Of a stretch of DNA of 64,000 nt, positions 42,454 to 52,259 are shown piece after piece. Where the stretch lies: positions 1,888,001 through 1,952,000 of the forward strand of contig OZ253449.1 in NCBI GenBank assembly GCA_965261345.1, written 5' to 3'. This DNA is from Chloroflexota bacterium. Lineage in GTDB: Bacteria; Chloroflexota; UBA11872; VXNJ01. Made by a program: the position numbers and the translations under genes. The notes under the pieces are model-generated. The model did not search any database. It had not been told where the DNA came from and was given only the letters and a program-made list of their open reading frames with translations. The first letter of the stretch is position 1, and each line of letters opens with the position of its first letter.

Positions 42454-43205
42454 TCCGTATCGGCCACCTTTTACCCGAACTGATGAACATTTACGCCGAT
42501 CGCGGCAACGTCGAATGCCTGCTAAAACGGTGCCAATGGCGCTCAATACCTGCCCAAAAAGTCGCGCTGCGGGCGGGGTGCCGCTTTGGTCCGGCCGATG
42601 TTGATATCGTATTGATCGGCGGCGGCCAGGATCGCCAGCAGCAGTTGGCCAGCCGGGCGCTGGCCGGACCGACCGGGGCAAGCCTGCGAGCCTGCGTCGC
42701 GGACGGGGTGGTGCTGTTGGCGGTCTGCGGCGGGTATCAGCTGATGGGCCACAGCTACCGTGATTTCGACGGCCGGGTCATCGCCGGGATGGGGCTGCTT
42801 GAACTTGAAACGGTCCATCCCGGGCCCGGCACCGACCGCTGTATCGGAAACGTTGCGGTCGATTGGATCGGGCAGTCGCTGATCGGGTTTGAAAATCACG
42901 GCGGGCGCACCTACCTGGCCGCCGGGCAAGCACCGCTCGGTCGGGTCCAATATGGGCACGGCAACAATTCCGAAGATGGCACCGAAGGCGCCCGCAGCGG
43001 GAACGTGTTCGGAACCTACCTGCACGGATCGTTGCTGCCCAAGAATCCCCGGTTTGCCGACCACCTGCTCGGATTGGCGCTGGCCCGCAACGGTTGCCGA
43101 TCCGAATTGACGCCGCTCGACGACCGCGCGGAGTGGGCCGCCCATGCCTCGGCCCAGGCTTTAATCAGCTGGCAGCAACCGGCCAAACAGCGGCGCAGCA
43201 ATTGA
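42450..43205 (+). CDS. gatD: Glutamine amidotransferase GatD
   Basis: GGGQD, VCGGYQ, GFENHGG, YLHGSLLPKNP; ATGA overlap with murT. Confidence 0.93.
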   Translation: MIRIGHLLPELMNIYADRGNVECLLKRCQWRSIPAQKVALRAGCRFGPADVDIVLIGGGQDRQQQLASRALAGPTGASLRACVADGVVLLAVCGGYQLMGHSYRDFDGRVIAGMGLLELETVHPGPGTDRCIGNVAVDWIGQSLIGFENHGGRTYLAAGQAPLGRVQYGHGNNSEDGTEGARSGNVFGTYLHGSLLPKNPRFADHLLGLALARNGCRSELTPLDDRAEWAAHASAQALISWQQPAKQRRSN

Positions 43206-43229
43206 CGTGAGGCATAGCCAAGATAAAAT
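43202..43229 (+). promoter_or_regulatory. Candidate sigma70 promoter for the flavoprotein-Rieske/cyt b operon
   Basis: TTGACG-N16-TAAAAT, ending 41 bp before the ATG at 43271. Confidence 0.6.
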
Positions 43230-43270
43230 CCGCAGGTTAGCCTGCCCGACGACGGATTTGCCCTTCACCT

Positions 43271-45049
43271 ATGGCGCGATCTGATAGCGCCGGCGCCGTT
43301 GGCGCTGTCACCGAGACCGGCCTGCGGGTAACCCTGCCCGGACTCGATTACTACCGCGAAAACATCGCCTGCCAGGCCGCATGTCCGGCCGGCACCGACG
43401 CGCGTGGTTTAGTTACCGCAATTGCCCGTGGCGAGTACGCGGCGGCCTGGGACATTGCCCGTCAGGCCAATCCCTTCGCAGCGGTTTGCGGAAGCGCCTG
43501 TTCAGCACCGTGTGAGGCCAGTTGTCGTCGCGGAGCGATCGATTCGCCGATCGCCATCGCCGCGCTGCAGCGATTTGCCGCCGGGGCCGCCGCCGCCGCG
43601 CGTCCGGCCGACTTGGCATCGCCGGCGCGGGCGCCGGAAAACTCGCGCACCGCCGGATCGATCTTTGCGCTGAGCCAGTATCGCCGCCGCTTAGCGGATC
43701 AGCGTAAGGAAGGGGCCCGAGTTGCGGTCATCGGATCAGGACCGGCCGGACTGACCGCGGCTCACGACCTTTCGCTGCTCGGACACGCGGTTGACATATT
43801 TGAAGCATCCGATCGCCCGGGCGGAATGATGCTGCGCGGAATACCCGAGTACGTTCTGCCGCGCTCGGAGGTTGCGGCCGAAATCGCCGCCGTCCTCGAA
43901 ATGCCGGGGTTGCGGATCGAATACGGCCGCGAACTGGGCGCCGGTCTAGACCTGGACGAATTGTGCCGGTCCTATGATTTAGTGATCCTGGCGATTGGCG
44001 ATCCCGACCAGTGGCGCACCGGCAATGGATCCAACCTGCTTTCGGTCCCCGAATTGGTCGATGGTTTCCGGCCGGGATCGGCGGTTGAGCTGGTTGGTCA
44101 AATGGTGGTAGTCGCCGGCGGCTGCGACCGCTCGATAGCCGCCGCCCGGACCGCCGCCCGGATCCAGCGCAATGCTGGCCAACCGGCGATGGTAACCATG
44201 GTGGCCGAAAGGGTTTTCGGTTCGTCGGCCGCCGCCAGCGAGGCTGCACGCGAGGGCGTCCGTATTGAAACCGGGTTCTTGCCCGAGCCGATCGTTGAAC
44301 GCGGCGACGGCTTTTTAGTCCCTCTCGGCCTCGGTCGGGAGAGCATTCTGGCCGATGTCGTGGTGTTGCCGATGGGCAGCCCGCAGTTGTCGGCCCGTCC
44401 CTCAATCGACCTTTTGTCCCTGCCCGCCAACGTGTTCATCGCCGCATCGCCATCGGCCGATGAGGGCATCGTGTATGCGGTAAAGGCAGGGCACGACGCG
44501 GCCCTTGCGGCCGAGTCGCATATCCAGGGCGCAATGGTCGCGATGCGGCGGTCAGGAAATATGCATTCGTTGGCCGCGAGTGATTTTCAGGTGCCCGGTT
44601 ACCTGCAGCTACCGCCTCAGGAATCAGTCCAGCGGCCGCCCGCGCGGCGCGGTCCGTTCGAACAACCCGACCTGGGTTTCAGCGAAGCCGAGGCCCGGGC
44701 CGAGGCCCAGCGGTGCCTCAAATGCAACGTAAATACGGTATTTGAAAGCCCGCGCTGCATTACCTGCGGTGATTGTGTGGATGTCTGTCCGCACCAATGC
44801 CTGGACCTAGTTGCCCCGGCCGCCGTTTCGGGCCACGGGCTAGACGCGGTGCTGGCCGGCGAATTTGGCGCCGGATTGGATTTTCTGCGGCGTGCGGACG
44901 GGGCCTCCGACGCGGTGTTGATCGTCAAGGACGAGTCGACCTGCACCAATTGCGGGCTGTGCGTAGAGGTTTGTCCGACCGACGTAATCGGGTTCGAGTG
45001 GTTCGGGTTTTCTGAAGAACTCGAATTGCTGCCGGGTCCGGTTGCCTGA
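43271..45049 (+). CDS. GltD/NfnB/DsrL-like Fe-S flavoprotein with C-terminal 2[4Fe-4S] ferredoxin
   Basis: CQAACP, CGSACSAPCEASC, GSGPAG, GIPEY, EAQRCLKC, CITCGDCVDVCP, CTNCGLCVEVCP. Confidence 0.88.
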   Translation: MARSDSAGAVGAVTETGLRVTLPGLDYYRENIACQAACPAGTDARGLVTAIARGEYAAAWDIARQANPFAAVCGSACSAPCEASCRRGAIDSPIAIAALQRFAAGAAAAARPADLASPARAPENSRTAGSIFALSQYRRRLADQRKEGARVAVIGSGPAGLTAAHDLSLLGHAVDIFEASDRPGGMMLRGIPEYVLPRSEVAAEIAAVLEMPGLRIEYGRELGAGLDLDELCRSYDLVILAIGDPDQWRTGNGSNLLSVPELVDGFRPGSAVELVGQMVVVAGGCDRSIAAARTAARIQRNAGQPAMVTMVAERVFGSSAAASEAAREGVRIETGFLPEPIVERGDGFLVPLGLGRESILADVVVLPMGSPQLSARPSIDLLSLPANVFIAASPSADEGIVYAVKAGHDAALAAESHIQGAMVAMRRSGNMHSLAASDFQVPGYLQLPPQESVQRPPARRGPFEQPDLGFSEAEARAEAQRCLKCNVNTVFESPRCITCGDCVDVCPHQCLDLVAPAAVSGHGLDAVLAGEFGAGLDFLRRADGASDAVLIVKDESTCTNCGLCVEVCPTDVIGFEWFGFSEELELLPGPVA

Positions 45050-45169
45050 TGCCGCTTCCGCCAACCCCCGCGCCGTCCTCCGCTTTGAGAAAATGGTGGC
45101 GGAACTAGGCATGGTAACTCCACAATTTGAACCCCGTACCTTTAGCAAGCTAAGGACTCGATCGCGCTG

Positions 45170-45871
45170 ATGGATTCGCACGGAACCGCTTCGGCGCAAT
45201 CTAACGATTCGCTAAGCGATGGATACACTGCCCGCTCGCGGGCGGTGTCGCAAAACTTCTTCCTGGCGCTGCACCCGGTGCAGGTTCGGCGCGCGAGCAT
45301 TCGCCCGTTCTACTCGCTCGGCCTGGGCTTGCTCTCGGCCTACAGCTTGGTGATCATGTTCGCTACCGGAATCCTGCTGATGTTCCATTACGTCCCGCAG
45401 GTGGATGCCGCCTACGCGAGCATGGTCCGGCTCGAAACCGACGTATTCCTCGGTGGCCTGATCAAAAACCTGCATTTTGTTTCCGGTCACGCCCTGCTCG
45501 TGTTCTCGCTCGCCCACCTATTTAGGGCCTTTTTCACCGGGGCCTATGCCGGGCGATCCGGCAACTGGGTGGTGGGAGTGATCATGTTGCTGATCGCGCT
45601 GCTAACTGTCGCAACCGGTTACGTGTTGCCCTGGGATCAGGGTGCCTACTGGGTGACCGTCGGAGCATCCGAAATTGTTGCCCAGGGTCCGATCCTGGGC
45701 GAATGGGTGCAACTTATAGTTTTCGGTGGCGACGATGTCGGACAGGCCACGCTAACCCGTTTCTACACCCTGCATTTCCTGGTCGGGCCGCTGCTCTTGC
45801 TGGCTTTGTCGGGCCTTCATGTTTTCCTGATTCGAAGCGCCGGCGGCCTGGCCGCCGGCGGCGACCAATAA
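45170..45871 (+). CDS. petB: Cytochrome b, N-terminal (b6-like split type)
   Basis: ATGILLMFHY, NLH and AHLFR heme ligands, NWVVG, TGYVLPWDQ, TLTRFYTLH-x14-H. Confidence 0.92.
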   Translation: MDSHGTASAQSNDSLSDGYTARSRAVSQNFFLALHPVQVRRASIRPFYSLGLGLLSAYSLVIMFATGILLMFHYVPQVDAAYASMVRLETDVFLGGLIKNLHFVSGHALLVFSLAHLFRAFFTGAYAGRSGNWVVGVIMLLIALLTVATGYVLPWDQGAYWVTVGASEIVAQGPILGEWVQLIVFGGDDVGQATLTRFYTLHFLVGPLLLLALSGLHVFLIRSAGGLAAGGDQ

Positions 45872-45890
45872 CTAAAGCATTGGAGCTCCT

Positions 45891-46727
45891 TTGAACGTTA
45901 GCCAGGTGGACGCCTCGGGCAAGACCTACGGCCTGATGGGTTTGGCCCGCGGCCAGACGCGCCGAACGCAACCGGCCGCCGGCAAAGTTCTTTCCTACCC
46001 TTCGGTGCTGTTGTCTGAATTGCTGCTGTTTTTGGGCTTGTTGCTGGTGCTATTGGTCATCGCCGCGTTCGCTTCCCCGCAGTTGGGTGCCCCGATCAAC
46101 GTTGCCGCCCCCGACAATCCGGCTCCGGTCCCCTGGTTTACGGCCGATATTTCCGAACTCAACCTGCGGTTCAATCCAGTTTTTGCCGGAATAATCATCC
46201 CGTCGCTGTGGGTGGTTGGATTGCTGGCGGTACCGTTCATCGCCCCCGACCCGGCCGCCCCCGGCACCTGGTTCGGCGGTCGGAGTCTCAGATTCGCGCT
46301 AGCAGGTGCCGTCTGCTTCGGCGGATTGCTGGCCCTCTACGTGATATTTGATCCGGCCGGCCGTCTTTTCCATGAAATAAATTCAAGCCTGAATCTGACC
46401 CAATTGGCGGACGGACAGTCGCCGAGCTGGTGGCCGACCGATATCCTGTTCTTCGGATTCCCCGATCTGACCGAATTCTCCTCGCTGCTCTGGGCCGGCC
46501 TGCTGCCGTTTGTCATTCTGGTTGCAGTCGGGTTCGCGGCGATCCTGGTGGCGCGCCTGGGGGTCAATGCCAATCGTCACGAATTGACGGTTCTGATATT
46601 TAGCGGCGTCTGGGCCGGGGCCTTCGCGCTCATGTTCATCTACGGCGCGATGCGCGGGCCGGACCTGGTCCTCTATGCTCCCTGGGACGTTCCGGCGACC
46701 CTCCCGGCCACCTTCGGCGCCGGTTGA
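45891..46727 (+). CDS. Subunit IV-like (C-terminal cytochrome b) membrane protein, extended
   Basis: DNPAPVPWF at the PEWY-equivalent position, AGIIIP..AVPFI, multiple TM helices, operon position. Confidence 0.78.
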   Translation: MNVSQVDASGKTYGLMGLARGQTRRTQPAAGKVLSYPSVLLSELLLFLGLLLVLLVIAAFASPQLGAPINVAAPDNPAPVPWFTADISELNLRFNPVFAGIIIPSLWVVGLLAVPFIAPDPAAPGTWFGGRSLRFALAGAVCFGGLLALYVIFDPAGRLFHEINSSLNLTQLADGQSPSWWPTDILFFGFPDLTEFSSLLWAGLLPFVILVAVGFAAILVARLGVNANRHELTVLIFSGVWAGAFALMFIYGAMRGPDLVLYAPWDVPATLPATFGAG

Positions 46728-46784
46728 ACCGGCCGAATTTTGTTCCGATGATCAAACCTGCACCGGCATATATTTAGCACCGCA

Positions 46785-47273
46785 ATGCCCGCCCGCCAAC
46801 CAGGACATTTGGAAATTGCCCGCCGTGGCCTGCTCAAGGGAGCCTTCGGTTCCGTGGTCGGGGTCCTGGCGCCGCTGGCATCGGTCGCTGCCGGGGTCGC
46901 TTACCTCCTGCCGGCGCGCGCGACCGAGGAGTTATGGATCGATGCCGGACAGCCGGGCGAATTCGCCGAAGGCGAGGTCAAATTCATCCCTTCGGCTGGA
47001 ATATTCGTCTCGCGCAGCGACCGTGGGTTCATCGCCCTCAGTCAGGACTGCACCCATCTTGGTTGCAGGGTGCCGTTCGATCCACAGGAGCGCCAATTCC
47101 GCTGCCCTTGCCACGGGTCGGTCTATGACGAATATGGCGACAATCTGACCGGCCCGGCGCCGCGACCGCTGGCGATCCATCCGTTGCGCCTCGAGGGCGG
47201 TCACGTTCTGGTTTCAACCCTTGCTCGTCCGCGCGAGCAGGTTAGCGAGGTTCAATTTAAGCCCTATGCCTAA
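46785..47273 (+). CDS. petC: Rieske [2Fe-2S] protein
   Basis: Tat-like ARRGLLK plus TM helix, CTHLGC and [15 protein letters not shown]. Confidence 0.93.
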   Translation: MPARQPGHLEIARRGLLKGAFGSVVGVLAPLASVAAGVAYLLPARATEELWIDAGQPGEFAEGEVKFIPSAGIFVSRSDRGFIALSQDCTHLGCRVPFDPQERQFRCPCHGSVYDEYGDNLTGPAPRPLAIHPLRLEGGHVLVSTLARPREQVSEVQFKPYA

Positions 47274-47760
47274 CCGAACCGAATTCCAAGTTGCCGCTGC
47301 GGCATCGCTTGCGGCCCTCATCGTGTTGGTGCTGGCTGCGGTATTGGTAACTGAGGGTCTGCGTCACGATTCGGCGCGCGACCACTATCGCACCTATCTG
47401 GAAGCTCCCGAATTGAGCGAATTCGGGATTTTTTCAATAACCGCCGCCGCGCCGATTGAGGAAGTGATCGTTGAGCGTTCGCCCGAGTTGGAGGCGATAT
47501 ACGACCTGTTTATTGAAAAGGGCTGCACCGGCTGCCACATGGTTGACGGAATCCCCGAGGCGATCGGTGACACCGGGCCCGGCCTGAACGGATTCGCCAC
47601 CCGTGCAATGATCGGCGAAACGCTGGAAATGGGACGCGATAACCTGGCCCTCTGGCTCACCGACCCGCCTTCACACAAGCCCGACACGTTGATGCCGGCC
47701 TTGGGGCTGTCAGCGGAAGACATCGATCTGCTAATCGATTGGCTCTTTACTCTCACCTGA
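47266..47760 (+). CDS. Membrane-anchored monoheme cytochrome c
   Basis: N-terminal TM helix, CTGCH, GPGL, KPDTLMP (Met ligand); ATG at 47266. Confidence 0.88.
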   Translation: MPNRTEFQVAAAASLAALIVLVLAAVLVTEGLRHDSARDHYRTYLEAPELSEFGIFSITAAAPIEEVIVERSPELEAIYDLFIEKGCTGCHMVDGIPEAIGDTGPGLNGFATRAMIGETLEMGRDNLALWLTDPPSHKPDTLMPALGLSAEDIDLLIDWLFTLT

Positions 47761-49068
47761 TTCCGGGAAGAGCCCTAAAAGGTCATCATAGGTCTCGCGC
47801 CGGCGGGTGATCCGGGCCGCTCCATCGGCCACAAATACCACCGCCGGGCGCAGCGCCAGGTTGTAGTTGGAGGACATGGCCATCCCGTAGGCGCCCGATG
47901 TTGCCGCCGCCAGGATGTCGCCGCGTCGCAGCTGGGGAAGCTCAAGGTCCTTAAAGAGGATGTCGCCGGACTCACAGTAGCGCCCGGCAACGGTCACCGT
48001 CGAGCGGACGGAGGTCCCGCGGCGATTGGCCAGGACGGCGGTGTAGCGGGCCCCGTAGAGCGCCGGGCGGATGTTGTCGGCCATGCCGCCGTCGACCGCC
48101 GCGTAGGTGCGCACACCGGGGATCGACTTGATGGATCCCACCGTGTAGAGTGCGATCCCGGAGCGGGCGATGATCGATCGTCCCGGTTCGACCACCAGCA
48201 GCGGGCGGCGACCATCCGGCAACGCCGACCTGACCACCTTGCCCAGGGCGCCCATCAACGCCCCGGGATCCAGACCGGCATCGTCTTCGGTGTAGCGCAC
48301 GCCGGCGCCCCCACCGGGTGAGATCACGCTGGGAAAAAAGCCGGTCCGTTGCTCCATCGCCAGGGCAAAGTCGATCAGCTTGCGGGCGTTGTCCTCAAGC
48401 GGCTGCGCATCAAAAATCTGTGAACCAATGTGGGCGTGATAGCCGAGCAGCTCGATTCCCCGGTTGGCAAGTGCCGCAATGACGGCTTCCTGGGCCTGCC
48501 CGGTTGCGATCGCGATTCCAAATTTGGAATCAATTTCACCGGTGCGGATGTATTCATGGGTGTGGGCCGAAATTCCTGGAGTTAGCCGCAACAGGGTCTT
48601 GGCCCGACGCCCTCCGGCGGCAGCGATTTCTCCGATCAACTCCAAGTCGTCGCGGCCGTCGGCCACGAAATGGCCGATACCGGCCGCCAGCGCCAGCTCA
48701 ATTTCGCCGCGCAGCTTGTTATTGCCGTGAAAAGTTATTAGCTCGGGATCAACGCCGGCCGCCAGGGCCGCTTTGATCTCACCGCCGCTGACGCAATCGA
48801 CGCCCAGGCCGGCGGCGGCGGCGACTCCCAGCAGGTGCAGATCTACGTAGGCCTTGGCCGCGTAGATCACCCGCGAATTTGGATAGGCGGCCGCTAGCGG
48901 ATCTACGTAGGACCGACAGTCGGAAACCACCTGAGCCTCGTCGTAAACATAGAGTGGGCTGCCAAAGCGCGCCAACAGTTCCCCGACGCGGCAACCGCCG
49001 ATCTCGAGATGACCGTCCCGGTCACGCAGGCATGAACCGGGAAAGAGTGCCAATTCGCGATCGTCCAT
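47731..49068 (-). CDS. lysA: Diaminopimelate decarboxylase
   Basis: GSPLYVYD, YAAKA, SGGE, HGNNK, SKFG, HIGSQI, EPGRS, CESGD, GAYG..MSSNYN. Confidence 0.95.
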   Translation of the reverse strand: MDDRELALFPGSCLRDRDGHLEIGGCRVGELLARFGSPLYVYDEAQVVSDCRSYVDPLAAAYPNSRVIYAAKAYVDLHLLGVAAAAGLGVDCVSGGEIKAALAAGVDPELITFHGNNKLRGEIELALAAGIGHFVADGRDDLELIGEIAAAGGRRAKTLLRLTPGISAHTHEYIRTGEIDSKFGIAIATGQAQEAVIAALANRGIELLGYHAHIGSQIFDAQPLEDNARKLIDFALAMEQRTGFFPSVISPGGGAGVRYTEDDAGLDPGALMGALGKVVRSALPDGRRPLLVVEPGRSIIARSGIALYTVGSIKSIPGVRTYAAVDGGMADNIRPALYGARYTAVLANRRGTSVRSTVTVAGRYCESGDILFKDLELPQLRRGDILAAATSGAYGMAMSSNYNLALRPAVVFVADGAARITRRRETYDDLLGLFPESGESKEPID

Positions 49069-49228
49069 CAATGCCTCGATGTTGCTAATCGCTAATTTTC
49101 CGGCGCGGCGGATGAGCAATTGTTACGAGCGAACCGGTTGCGTCGTAATCTTTCCGAGACCGGCCGGAGGCCCAATCTGCGCTTGGTTGCCGCCGACCGG
49201 CGCGGGCTATTGCTGCAAGCCGGAAGCC

Positions 49229-50281
49229 TTATCCAGTGCCGCCGCCGCCCCATTCATTTATGAAGGTTCCGTCGGCGTCAAAATGCTGGATTCGATTGTT
49301 GCCGGTATCGGCCACGTAGACGCCCTCGACCCCGGCCTGCAGGCCCTGGGCGCCGGAAAACTGGCCGGGACCCGAGCCGGTTCCGCCAAAAGTTGCGCTA
49401 CGCGAACCGTCGAGCTCGTAGCGGTGGATCTCGTCGGTGGCCGGGTCAATTACGTAAAACTGGTCCTCGCGATTGAGCGACACCGCTCCCGGGTCGGTCA
49501 GATCGGCCAGATCGGTCAGGAATTCGATCTCATAGTCCAGACCGACGCGGGTGATCAGAAAGAGCTTGGACACGCCCGCATCCGGCAACCACAGCAGCCC
49601 GAAGACCTCGCCGCTGATCGGCGTTACGGTAATGCCGCGCCACACCCCGCCGGCATCGGGCGGATCGATTACGGTCTTGTCCTGCCCGTGGGCCCCATAA
49701 CGCAGCAGGCGTTCGTCGGCCGTGAGGATGTAGGGGAACCCGAATCCGCTCGAGCGCAGCTGCGTGGCCCCTTGCAGATCGGGATCGCCCCAGATCTCGG
49801 GGATTGGCAGGTGGCCGGCCGGCCGGCCCTGGTAGAGCCCGTACTTTTGCACCTGGGCGTTGCCGGAGTCCAGCACCCAGAGCACCCGGGTCCGATCGTA
49901 GGTGGCGTCTTCCGGGCTAGAGTACGGGTGCTCGCGATCCGTTACTGCTTCTCCACCATCCGACCAGAAGGTGACGACGCCATCTTCCGTAAATTCAAAC
50001 AGTTTGTTATCGGCGGTAACAACGTAGATGTCCTTGCGTTCGTCGTTCTGACCAATACCGACCGGGCCGACCATCTCGGTGGGGTCGGTCAGCGTCCTTG
50101 GGCCACCGTCAAGCTCGGCCGAGGGACCGCCGCCAGCGCGCGCCGAGCCTGCGATACCTTCGCTTTCGACCAGTTTGGCGTCATCAGTGGAATCGCCGCA
50201 GGCGGCCAGAACAAGGGCGGCGGCGCCAGTTGACCCTGCGGCCAGAAAACGCCGGCGACTGATGGCTAAGTAATTTTTCAC
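49229..50281 (-). CDS. Tat-exported lipoprotein with NHL-repeat beta-propeller
   Basis: SRRRFL, LAAC lipobox; WVLDSGN..VQKY and GSGPGQF..VYVADTGNNRIQHF NHL blades. Confidence 0.8.
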   Translation of the reverse strand: MKNYLAISRRRFLAAGSTGAAALVLAACGDSTDDAKLVESEGIAGSARAGGGPSAELDGGPRTLTDPTEMVGPVGIGQNDERKDIYVVTADNKLFEFTEDGVVTFWSDGGEAVTDREHPYSSPEDATYDRTRVLWVLDSGNAQVQKYGLYQGRPAGHLPIPEIWGDPDLQGATQLRSSGFGFPYILTADERLLRYGAHGQDKTVIDPPDAGGVWRGITVTPISGEVFGLLWLPDAGVSKLFLITRVGLDYEIEFLTDLADLTDPGAVSLNREDQFYVIDPATDEIHRYELDGSRSATFGGTGSGPGQFSGAQGLQAGVEGVYVADTGNNRIQHFDADGTFINEWGGGGTG

Positions 50282-50492
50282 CGCGTCTGCCTCTCAACTT
50301 CAGTCGGGACCAACATGCAATATCGACATGCGAGGGGTTCGGCCGTAGCGCGTTTGACCACAACTTGCGTGCGTGGGCAATTTCCCATCGCAGCCGAACC
50401 GAAAACAATTGATAACGATTTTATGAGCCCCAAGTCGGACTGGGGAATTGCGACGGATTTGCGCGGGTTTTAAGTTTTTAAGGTAAAGTCAT

Positions 50493-50529
50493 TTGACATC
50501 GGTATTCGATGTGCGCAAAATTCGCGCAA
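50493..50529 (+). promoter_or_regulatory. Candidate promoter with overlapping inverted repeats upstream of the ABC operon
   Basis: TTGACA-N17-CAAAAT; inverted repeats ACATCG-N5-CGATGT and TGCGC..GCGCA. Confidence 0.5.
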
Positions 50530-50637
50530 TTGATTGCCCTAGTATTTGCCGCGACCTGCGCTTCGGCGCGCGTTGTGGGTTGTGCTGATCCGTATTATGC
50601 GGAAGGGCGTCAAATCTTAAAAGTAGGAGGCATACTC

Positions 50638-51999
50638 TTGCGTATTACCCGAAGACGCGCTCTGACCGGAATGGCTGGGGCAGCGGGTCTGGCAGTCTTG
50701 GCTGCCTGTGGCGAAGAAGAAGCGGCAGCTCCGGCTCCCGCTCCGGTGGTAGCACCGTCCGATGACGTCGCGGCGCCCGCCGACGACGCCATGGTCGACA
50801 AAGGCGCCATGATGTACGAGGACGTTGAGATCGAATTTCGATTCAACGGACTCAACCCGGCTGGCCAGGAAGCCGCCCGTGGCGAGATCGATAACTTCAA
50901 GGCGCTGACCGGCATTACGGTCAAGCCTGACTTTTCCGACTGGGCCAGTTCTTTCCAGAAGATCACCACCGGTTTTGCCGCGCAATCTGCGCCGGACATC
51001 TGGTACGGTGGCGGCCTGTGGACGCCGGTATTGGCGGCCAAGGGCCAGGTTCTCGAGATTGACGAGTACGTGGCTGGATGGGACGAGTGGAGCGACTTTT
51101 ACCCGCGGGGCATTGAGGATGTAACTTATGAAGGTCACATCCAGGGCGTTCCGTATCGCTTCAACTACCGTGCTTCGCCGGTCATCCGACCGTCGGCTTT
51201 CACCGCCGCCGGCCTGGAAGTTGTCGTCCCGACCACTTGGGAAGAGCTAAATGCGGTCACCCAACAGCTGACCATCAAGGACGGCGATCGCTACGAGCAG
51301 GCTGGAGTCAACCTCCAGCATCACACCCAGGTGTACGAGGACTGGCTGTATCAGGCGGGCGGGAACTATTTCTCGGAAGACCGCACGATGCCGCTAAACC
51401 TGACTCCGGAAGGCATTACGGCGCTTAGCCAGCACGTGCGCGCCGGTCTAGTTGACGGCACCATGCCCAAAGAGGGCATGGACTCCGGTGTTCCGAACCT
51501 GCACGCGTTCTGCGCCGGCCGGGTTGCTTACCAGCAGCTGTGGCCTGGTGACGTAGGCAACTGCGAAACCAACGCGCCTGACGTATTTGCCGACATCCTC
51601 GCTGGTGAGCCCCTCAAGGGCCCCAAAGAGCAGATCATGCAGATCTACGTTGACAAATACATGCCGTGGAAGTTCACTAAGAACCCCGACGCGACTTTTG
51701 AGACGATGAAATACTTCGCCTCGCCGCTTCCCAACCACGACATCAATGTGGTCGGCGACCGCTCTATGCCGTGCCGAGTGGCTATGGAAGCCTACGAGCT
51801 CTACAAGTCGGAGCCGTGGAAGACCTACTCCACCAATGGCAACAAGTTCGGTAAGGGACGCCAGATCGTTCCGGAGCACTTTGACGTTCAGCCGGCCATG
51901 AGCCGCTGGGTTGAGAAGGCCGGCCTGGGCGAACTCACCGTCGAGGAAACCCTTGAGGGTATGGACGACGAAATTTTCGACATCATCTCGGGCAACTAG
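50638..51999 (+). CDS. Carbohydrate ABC transporter substrate-binding lipoprotein (Tat signal)
   Basis: AGGAGG RBS plus TTG at 50638, TRRRAL, LAAC, APDI, YEG..GVP, PTTWEEL. Confidence 0.88.
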   Translation: MRITRRRALTGMAGAAGLAVLAACGEEEAAAPAPAPVVAPSDDVAAPADDAMVDKGAMMYEDVEIEFRFNGLNPAGQEAARGEIDNFKALTGITVKPDFSDWASSFQKITTGFAAQSAPDIWYGGGLWTPVLAAKGQVLEIDEYVAGWDEWSDFYPRGIEDVTYEGHIQGVPYRFNYRASPVIRPSAFTAAGLEVVVPTTWEELNAVTQQLTIKDGDRYEQAGVNLQHHTQVYEDWLYQAGGNYFSEDRTMPLNLTPEGITALSQHVRAGLVDGTMPKEGMDSGVPNLHAFCAGRVAYQQLWPGDVGNCETNAPDVFADILAGEPLKGPKEQIMQIYVDKYMPWKFTKNPDATFETMKYFASPLPNHDINVVGDRSMPCRVAMEAYELYKSEPWKTYSTNGNKFGKGRQIVPEHFDVQPAMSRWVEKAGLGELTVEETLEGMDDEIFDIISGN

Positions 52000-52042
52000 A
52001 GCGTCCAATCGGTAGCTTTTTAGAGCTTTAAAAAGCACCAAT

Positions 52043-52094
52043 AGTGGGGAGGGCGCAGAGACCATGCAGATGGAATCGGCCCTCCCCACTTCTT
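52043..52094 (+). terminator. Stem-loop after the SBP gene (terminator or mRNA stabiliser)
   Basis: AGTGGGGAGGGC / GCCCTCCCCACT 12-bp stem, weak U tail. Confidence 0.55.
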
Positions 52095-52259
52095 GTAAGG
52101 TTCGCGGGGTCCGCGTCGCGAACGTGCGTTTGACATTGTTTAAATTGAATTGCGAACGCTGCAAGCTGCAAGTTGGGTAATATGAGAGTCTTACAGCCGG
52201 GCGCGAGGGTGCGTCTTGTGCTGGGACCGCGGAAGCATTCGTTGTAAGGATTAGTTCCC

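Noticed and set aside
49069-49228. Possible lysine riboswitch upstream of lysA
   Set aside because: The spacer is short and lacks recognisable L-box motifs
49079-50233. 384-aa plus-strand ORF
   Set aside because: Antisense to the NHL lipoprotein, which has Tat, lipobox and repeat evidence
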